64,000 bases of DNA from a virus: IMG/VR virus record IMGVR_UViG_3300027976_000006, positions 64,001 through 128,000 of that record; one strand, given 5' to 3'. A program made the position numbers and the translations under genes. Position 1 is the first letter of the stretch. Every line of letters begins with the position of its first letter. Under the pieces are notes generated by a model. It had not been told where the DNA came from, did no database searches, and worked only from the letters and a program-made list of their open reading frames with translations. Positions 57,704-64,000 of this stretch are shown here, one piece after another.

Positions 57704-58391
57704 ACGAGATGCACCAAAAGTACAAAGTACGATTGATATCAGTTACTTGTGCGACAACGGGTGGCAACCTCTTCTTATTACTGGATTTATTCGGGATTTG
57801 CTTATCAGACAGTGGGCTAACCCACATAATATTATTAGTCCGGAAATGAAACAATATGGCTGGCAGGAACAAGTAAGCTCTGGTATACTTATCGAAAGTG
57901 TGTATCGTTATAGATCTGATCTTGTTGAAAAACGACCAGCTATAATGATAAAAAGAAATGCTTTTAAAGATATGCCACTTGGCTTAGGCGGTGGTTTTAT
58001 CTTTGGAGGCGGTCTTGACGCATACGAAACCGAAAAGGGTGCAATTAGTCGGCACGCAACTGTATTTGTCGGTTCGCACACTCTTTTCTGCATCCATAAA
58101 ACGGGTGCTTCAACGGAGATTCTTGCTGCGGAGGTCCTAGGGCATCTGGTTGCCTGCATGTGGCCGATTCGCCAGAATCTTGGATTGAGAAATTTCTCAG
58201 TCACCGATGTAGGGGCTATTCAAGAACTTGAAGAGTCCACCGAGAATTATGTGATTCCTATAACTGTTGGGTGGGCTTACGAGCACACTTGGGAGCTTAA
58301 ACAAGAATCACTGCCCGTGCAAGGTTTTTCGTTTACTGGTGTACTGGATGGAGACGACATTAGTTTGAACTCTCCATATCAAGGCCCATAA
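57660..58391 (+). CDS. tail terminator/completion protein
   Basis: RPAIMIKR motif, directly upstream of sheath. Confidence 0.55.
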   Translation: MDTTDWCPPSVPPPERDAPKVQSTIDISYLCDNGWQPLLITGFIRDLLIRQWANPHNIISPEMKQYGWQEQVSSGILIESVYRYRSDLVEKRPAIMIKRNAFKDMPLGLGGGFIFGGGLDAYETEKGAISRHATVFVGSHTLFCIHKTGASTEILAAEVLGHLVACMWPIRQNLGLRNFSVTDVGAIQELEESTENYVIPITVGWAYEHTWELKQESLPVQGFSFTGVLDGDDISLNSPYQGP

Positions 58392-58422
58392 CTCTTATAC
58401 ATTCTTAGGCAGGAGGCCACCA

Positions 58423-61230
58423 ATGGCAACTTATGTTCTTCCGCAAGTTCTTGTTTTCCAGGATTTTACCATACAGCCATCCGTGGCTGCTAACCCTTTG
58501 TCCGCACACATATCGGGCGGGCATGCCAAGCTTGTTCGTTGGAGCGAGGAATCCGAACGAGAATTTGGTAATTTAGGTTTTTATGACAATGGTACTTCGT
58601 TAGTTTCGGCTTGGCCACATCGACCAGCTGGTGCGGTAATGGATACCAGCTACACTAAACTGTTTATAAAAGACGCATTGTTGAAGTATTTTACCGAGGC
58701 AACCAGCGGTGGTTCTAATATTAGTGTGGTTTCTAGCTACCGCAATAGAATTACATCTGATTCGGTAAACTTCACTTCTAGTGGTGCGTATGTGCGTGCC
58801 TCCGCTTTAGGTAACCGAGATGCAAAAATTGGTGATGTTATCCGCATACGCGGTGTTGCTGAAGGAACTAATGCCACGGCTGATGTCCTCACTTTATGGA
58901 CTTACATTCGTGGATTTATCGCGGAGACAGTTGCTTCTTCCGTCGCTGCCCCGCTATCAGCTTCTAGCAATAAAGTAACTCAAGCCGCAGCTTCAGTTGC
59001 AACTCGGACTAGCGGGGTGGCTAACTCCATCACCATCACACCTGCGGGCACCTACAATGGGTTGCCTTCCGGCATAATTACTGAAGTTTACACTCTTACC
59101 GTGGTGGACGGGTCAATCAATGGTGATTTGACTACCGCTCGTTTGCGTGTTACTTCAGCAAGCGGAACGGATAATGTGGCTGCCTTGTTTCCTGCTGCAG
59201 GCGTCGCCGTAGGTGCACGCGGGTTGCTCGTGACTTTTGGTAGCACTCCTACCTCAGATACTGCGGCTACTTCTACGGATGCTGGTGTTAGCGATGTAGA
59301 TTTGTTAGTTGGGCAAGTGTTTACTATGACCGTTTCCCAGACATTTGACGCACCTGTCAAAGCAACAAGCGGAACATACACAAACACTGCTGACACTAAC
59401 TATATTGTTACAGTCACTAAAGGCGGGGCATGGTCAGCTCACCCTGAGATTTCTGTTTCTACGGCAGACGGGATTGATCAAAGCGGCCCCACCATTATAA
59501 ATACGACTGTCGCTACTTCTATTGGTAACTATGGCGTTTTAATCGAGCTAACCAGTACAGCTGGCTTGTGCAAAGGCGATCGCTTTTACATTCAGGCTAC
59601 TGGCATCGGTGAAGGTGCAGTCCGAACCCTCGTGCTTGGACATAACTTAGACCAAACTTTTGGGGGTGGCGAGAATATCGGAATTGACCTTTACATCCGC
59701 AAGCCACTTCTTGAAGTGACTCAGAATCGTACAGGTATGGCTCCGTTGACTAACTGGGATCAGTCTTCCCTTGAGTTTACGGTAAATTCTGGCATTGTTG
59801 CTTACGACGCTGAGGTAGGTATCGCAACTGCGTTGGATGTTTATTCTTCTGCCGCCCTTGGCTACGGTGAGTTATATGCTGAGTATCGTGCGTGGTTACC
59901 TGATTTGGCGGGCAAAGTTAACAGCATTATCGATGTTGGCAACATTGACGATATCTCGGGTTCATTAACTCCTGACAATCCGCTTAAATGGGGCGTATTT
60001 AAAGCGTTATCCAACAACAACGGCACTCCCGTGCTGTACACTGCGGTTAACGATCCCAATGATATCAATTACTGGGATGAAGTGATAGAAGTGTTGTTAG
60101 GGAGAGATGACGCTTATAATTTGGTACCCTTGACCTACGACGCGACAGTGATTGGGCTGTTTCAAGCTCACATCAATAGTGCGTCATCCGCATCTGAAGG
60201 AGCTTGGTGTGTGCTTTGGGCGAACTTGCAAGGCGTGCCTGAAATTCCTCTTGTTGCGGCTGCGTCTACTATTGCCAATCACATGGAAGCCACCAGCACA
60301 AATGGAGAAATTGTTTTGGCGAATTTTGAAGAAAATTCTGCCACAGATGCAACAGATTACACAATTTGTTATGTTCCCTCCGGCAACGCTGGGTTTGAGC
60401 ACAACGGTGTAAGGCCCGGGGACATTGTTCGGGCACTGTACACTGGAGATGGTTTTGGCAACTTTACCTACAGCGAATTTGTTGTAGACGAAGTGCTGTC
60501 CGAAGACCAGCTCCGTGTCAAGACGGGACCTTCCATAGCACAGCTAGTTCCTTCCAAAATAGAAGTTTGGAGGACATTATCCGCCAGTGAAGAAGCTGTT
60601 GAAATTGGTAAAAATGCAGCTGCTTATGGGAATCGGCGCGTTAGAGCCACTTGGCCCGACCGCATTGAATCCTCCGGTACAATTCAACTAGGTTACTTTT
60701 TGAACTGTGCTCTCGCTGGTTTAGCCTCGGCAGTACTTCCTCAGCAAGGTTTGACCAATGTAGAGGTTGTCGGATTTTCTAGTACACAACGCACAAACGA
60801 TAAGTTTAATAAGCCACAACTAAATATTATGGCTACTGCTGGTGTGTGGGTTGTACAGCAGTCTGCTACTGGAAACATACATACCAGACATTCGGTAACA
60901 ACTGGCGATTATATTGATATTAACCAGCGAGAAGAAATGCTGACGCGTAATGTAGACAGCATCAGCTACCGGTTTAAGGATTACTTTGCTCCGTTTATTG
61001 GCGTTACTAACGTAACTCCAACAATGAACGACATCATTCTTGGGGGTATTGAAAAGCTAATTCGCACTTTGCGAGTAGAGCGGGCTACCCCTCAACTTGG
61101 CGGACAGCTGATTGGTGCAACTGTTGAACGTTTCGATGTGTCAGAAGTGTTTAAAGATCGCTATGTTGCTTTCATTAGTTTGCAAGTACCATATGCACTT
61201 AACAACATTGAATTACACCTTGTAGTTTAA
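58423..61230 (+). CDS. contractile tail sheath protein
   Basis: MATYVLPQVLVFQ start, LAGL..QQGLTN, RNVDSIS, VPYALNNIELHLVV end. Confidence 0.85.
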   Translation: MATYVLPQVLVFQDFTIQPSVAANPLSAHISGGHAKLVRWSEESEREFGNLGFYDNGTSLVSAWPHRPAGAVMDTSYTKLFIKDALLKYFTEATSGGSNISVVSSYRNRITSDSVNFTSSGAYVRASALGNRDAKIGDVIRIRGVAEGTNATADVLTLWTYIRGFIAETVASSVAAPLSASSNKVTQAAASVATRTSGVANSITITPAGTYNGLPSGIITEVYTLTVVDGSINGDLTTARLRVTSASGTDNVAALFPAAGVAVGARGLLVTFGSTPTSDTAATSTDAGVSDVDLLVGQVFTMTVSQTFDAPVKATSGTYTNTADTNYIVTVTKGGAWSAHPEISVSTADGIDQSGPTIINTTVATSIGNYGVLIELTSTAGLCKGDRFYIQATGIGEGAVRTLVLGHNLDQTFGGGENIGIDLYIRKPLLEVTQNRTGMAPLTNWDQSSLEFTVNSGIVAYDAEVGIATALDVYSSAALGYGELYAEYRAWLPDLAGKVNSIIDVGNIDDISGSLTPDNPLKWGVFKALSNNNGTPVLYTAVNDPNDINYWDEVIEVLLGRDDAYNLVPLTYDATVIGLFQAHINSASSASEGAWCVLWANLQGVPEIPLVAAASTIANHMEATSTNGEIVLANFEENSATDATDYTICYVPSGNAGFEHNGVRPGDIVRALYTGDGFGNFTYSEFVVDEVLSEDQLRVKTGPSIAQLVPSKIEVWRTLSASEEAVEIGKNAAAYGNRRVRATWPDRIESSGTIQLGYFLNCALAGLASAVLPQQGLTNVEVVGFSSTQRTNDKFNKPQLNIMATAGVWVVQQSATGNIHTRHSVTTGDYIDINQREEMLTRNVDSISYRFKDYFAPFIGVTNVTPTMNDIILGGIEKLIRTLRVERATPQLGGQLIGATVERFDVSEVFKDRYVAFISLQVPYALNNIELHLVV

Positions 61231-61239
61231 TGTAGCCTT

Positions 61240-61270
61240 TCTAGGGGGCTAGCCAGCCCCTTGGATTTTT
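61240..61270 (+). terminator. terminator-like hairpin between sheath and tube
   Basis: TCTAGGGGGCT/AGCCCCTTGGA then T5. Confidence 0.55.
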
Positions 61271-61328
61271 CTTAGTGACTAACCGCCGTAGTGGCAGCAC
61301 GGCTTTATAACTTCAAGGAGTAATTAAC

Positions 61329-61889
61329 ATGGCAGACATCTATTCACGACAAAAAACGCAATTTGCCGGAGCTTTTGCTTCGGATGTTGCGGCTTTAACG
61401 CTTGCGGGGGCTACTACTGGTCTTGGTATAGTACAGAATGTTCAAGTGACATATGCGCAGCAAGTTGCTCGCATTTATGATGTTTCAAATGGCGGTCTTG
61501 GCGGAGGTGCCGCAGCCGGTATCGTTCCTGTATTCTACGTGGGCGGGCGTACTCAAGGGCAAGGAACGATTGCACGAGTTCTTGGACCAAAATCTGGAGC
61601 TCTTTGCGACTTCTATAACAGCATGGGTAATGTTTGTTCCCCTCAAGATCTAACATTTACATTTGGCGGAGGTTGCGGGGTATCGGGTGCCTCAGGCAAA
61701 AATCCATCTAAAGTCGCAGCAATAACAAATAATGCGGGTAGCAACACTTTTAATAAAGTGGCGTACACACTAACAGGTGCACTAATGACCAACATTGGTG
61801 TTACCGTGGGCTCGCAAGATATGCTTGTAAATGAGAGTATTACACTCATGTTTGCAAACATGGAGTGCAGCGACGCTTCTGGTAAATAA
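61329..61889 (+). CDS. tail tube protein
   Basis: Follows sheath; VQNVQVTYAQQVARIYDV..YVGGRTQG..ESITLMF. Confidence 0.75.
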   Translation: MADIYSRQKTQFAGAFASDVAALTLAGATTGLGIVQNVQVTYAQQVARIYDVSNGGLGGGAAAGIVPVFYVGGRTQGQGTIARVLGPKSGALCDFYNSMGNVCSPQDLTFTFGGGCGVSGASGKNPSKVAAITNNAGSNTFNKVAYTLTGALMTNIGVTVGSQDMLVNESITLMFANMECSDASGK

Positions 61890-61890
61890 G

Positions 61891-61908
61891 TTAAATTCCG
61901 TATTTTAA
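61891..61908. promoter_or_regulatory. dispersed 18-bp palindrome copy (1 mismatch)
   Basis: TTAAATTCCGTATTTTAA. Confidence 0.6.
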
Positions 61909-61912
61909 ACTC

Positions 61913-61943
61913 GCTGGCTCGACTTAGGTTGAGCCAGCATTTT
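61913..61943 (+). terminator. terminator after tail tube
   Basis: GCTGGCTCGAC/GTTGAGCCAGC stem then ATTTT. Confidence 0.65.
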
Positions 61944-61982
61944 GAGTTTTAAACTCCAAACGCACCATGAGGTGAGACACAT

Positions 61983-64000
61983 ATGACATACAGTTCGGGA
62001 TCGTCTGTTGACAGTAAACCTGCAGTATACAACAAGGATTCTACTGGAGTAACTGATGGTATTCCTCTGCGCCTGGTTAACGGTATACAAGGAAAATTAG
62101 ATTCAGCTTCTCCTTGGAATCAATTCAATACCGGCGGTCAAGTTGGTGACTCAAGAAACAATGCAGCCATTCATTCAGCTCCGCTAGCTAGCGACACGCC
62201 GTTGCGTGTAGGCCGTGTGCTTTTAGCTCTTCCTTATGTCCATTGCTACAAAGTTCAATTAACAGGGCGACAAGGTACCTGTATAGCTACTGCTGCCTCC
62301 AATCATTCGCATACCCCGCTGGGCGTACGCTCTGGCGAGGTAATCCCGCCTAATTCTAATGTGTTAATCTGGAAACCAGCAACCGCGGAACTCGCTTATA
62401 TTTTAGCGGTACTTCCGTCGCCTGTGTTGCACGATAATTTTAACGCTTCAGACCACATCCAGCAGGGTGGTAATTCTGGGCCTAAAAAAGTAGAAGCTTA
62501 TCGCAACATCCCCAAGACGGTAGCAAAAGGGCATGGCTGGGTTTCCCAGTCTTGTGGACGACCAATGGACGGCACTATTGGCGAATACGTGAGGATGTCC
62601 GAAACAGGTATTGGACTTTTGATTGATTCTTTTCAAACTTATTTACGTGTAAATGAAACTTGCGGGCTGTGGTTAAACTATTTTGACAGCTACACTAAGC
62701 TAGCAGGTCTGTCTTTAACTATTATGTCGTACTGTACGCACAACATGCAGTATTACGATGAGGGCGAAAACTTTTCTATGCTGGGGCATATAACTTACCC
62801 CTGGGAAGCCGCTGGGATGTATGCCCCCAATACAAAGTTTTCTGAAACTAACGACATAGAAAAAGTTCAGTTGGATAAGCAATTTCCATTCGGTTTAGAG
62901 GATTTACAGGATCAGAGCCAAACTCCAATTTATAGAGTAACCGATTATACGGGTTATCTCGGGCAAGGGTTTAATCGGACACTAATGAAGCCGGCCAAAG
63001 ACAGCGGCAAACGATTAATGGTAGAGACAGACAAAGATGTCGGCTTGTTTCAAGAATTAACCGCATTGGACGGGGGATACTCACTACGGTCGGCTAAGCA
63101 TATTATGCTGGCCAAGTATCCGTTAATACCCAATCCCAGACGCATCCGCGCGCCAGAGGATGCTAAAGGCGACGATTTACTAGAAAGGCCGGGTAAAGGA
63201 GAATATAAATTCAGCGGTAAATTTGGAGAAGGGCCAGAGCATAAAGTTCGAGATTGGAAAGACGACAAAGTTTCTTCAATTCCGAATATGCTGCGTCCTG
63301 CGGGTATTATGGATTTGTTAACCCACCATTATAATTGGAAATCCACTCACCCATTCTTCTACCATAAAAAAGATTATGATTACCCTGAAGAAGGAGACAG
63401 CACTAGTCCGCTTAAAGCAATTAAATTTTATCGTGGAAAAATGGCTGAATCTTATGTCGAGATCAGACCTAAACGTTTAAAAATTGACGATCGGTACCAA
63501 GATGTAAATTACTACAACACGGCATCGTTTATTACACTGGCAGAAGACGGAAGTATTATTATTGCGGATGGTTACGGCTCTCAGCTATTATTGGGGGGAG
63601 GTCAAATTAGGCTGGAGGCGGGCGGTGACATAATGTTAATGTCAGGTTCGCGCGTGGTAACCTTGGCAAAAGAAGCAATAATCAGGGCTAAAGAGAATGT
63701 AGATATATCCGCAACGGTACACGATGTTAGGATTAAAGCAGAACGAAATATGCAGTTGCTTGCTGGAAATGCAGGGTCCGGTGGGATGCTTTTAGAATCC
63801 AAAGGAAAAGGATCAACCCAAGCATACGAAGGTAGGATTGGAACTGAAGTTGCGGGGTCGGGTATAACGCTGCTAAGCCGAGGTGGCTCTGTAAACACTA
63901 TGTCAAAAACTGCGTACATTCGCACAGGAGTAGACGAAGGTAATCCAGAAAGCAGCGGAGATTTGATCATTGATTGTGCTAATGGTCGTTCCAGCTTAGT
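61983..64000 (+). CDS. baseplate hub/spike protein (gp5/VgrG-like), runs off window; absent from the ORF track
   Basis: GAGGTG RBS, ATG 61983; OB-fold-like VGRVLLALPYVHCYKV; beta-helix-like AEDGSIIIADGYGSQLLLGGGQIRLEAGGDI in the same frame. Confidence 0.7.
   Translation, partial: MTYSSGSSVDSKPAVYNKDSTGVTDGIPLRLVNGIQGKLDSASPWNQFNTGGQVGDSRNNAAIHSAPLASDTPLRVGRVLLALPYVHCYKVQLTGRQGTCIATAASNHSHTPLGVRSGEVIPPNSNVLIWKPATAELAYILAVLPSPVLHDNFNASDHIQQGGNSGPKKVEAYRNIPKTVAKGHGWVSQSCGRPMDGTIGEYVRMSETGIGLLIDSFQTYLRVNETCGLWLNYFDSYTKLAGLSLTIMSYCTHNMQYYDEGENFSMLGHITYPWEAAGMYAPNTKFSETNDIEKVQLDKQFPFGLEDLQDQSQTPIYRVTDYTGYLGQGFNRTLMKPAKDSGKRLMVETDKDVGLFQELTALDGGYSLRSAKHIMLAKYPLIPNPRRIRAPEDAKGDDLLERPGKGEYKFSGKFGEGPEHKVRDWKDDKVSSIPNMLRPAGIMDLLTHHYNWKSTHPFFYHKKDYDYPEEGDSTSPLKAIKFYRGKMAESYVEIRPKRLKIDDRYQDVNYYNTASFITLAEDGSIIIADGYGSQLLLGGGQIRLEAGGDIMLMSGSRVVTLAKEAIIRAKENVDISATVHDVRIKAERNMQLLAGNAGSGGMLLESKGKGSTQAYEGRIGTEVAGSGITLLSRGGSVNTMSKTAYIRTGVDEGNPESSGDLIIDCANGRSSL

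Noticed and set aside
648-63970. Numerous short minus-strand and alternative-frame ORFs in the track
   Set aside because: They overlap longer motif-bearing + strand genes and lack recognisable motifs; only csrA is credible on the minus strand
58423-64000. Tailocin or extracellular contractile injection system
   Set aside because: Portal, protease, capsid and neck genes are present, so this is a complete phage virion module

Overview
This is a 64 kb segment of a large (probably jumbo) contractile-tailed dsDNA bacteriophage, not a cellular chromosome. Almost all credible genes are on the + strand in the standard code; csrA is the one clear exception. The window contains a portal, a glycosyl/methyl/sulfotransferase-like cluster, a tubulin/PhuZ-like GTPase, host-like accessory genes (acyl carrier protein, CxxCH cytochrome c, CsrA, SET domain, class II RNR), a multisubunit RNA polymerase arranged as a beta+beta'(N) fusion plus a separate beta'(C) subunit, a head module (prohead protease, scaffold-like proteins, decoration protein, major capsid), neck genes, tail sheath, tail tube and the start of a gp5/VgrG-like spike. 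Main novel signals: (1) a K-x-A(G/S) motif punctuates ~20 predicted head proteins, and in many of them cysteines occur only upstream of it, leaving Cys-free, glycine-zipper-rich or enzymatic cargo; together with a zinc-less, Cys-free RNAP this suggests a protease-matured, injected protein payload; (2) an 18-bp palindrome TTAAAWTCYRGAWTTTAA is dispersed across the window; (3) two highly structured, pseudoknotted ncRNA candidates and a small RNA with a CsrA-type hairpin and long 16S anti-SD complementarity. A Planctomycetota-like host is a weak inference from the CsrA and cytochrome styles. All protein calls come from motif recognition by eye; no searches were run.
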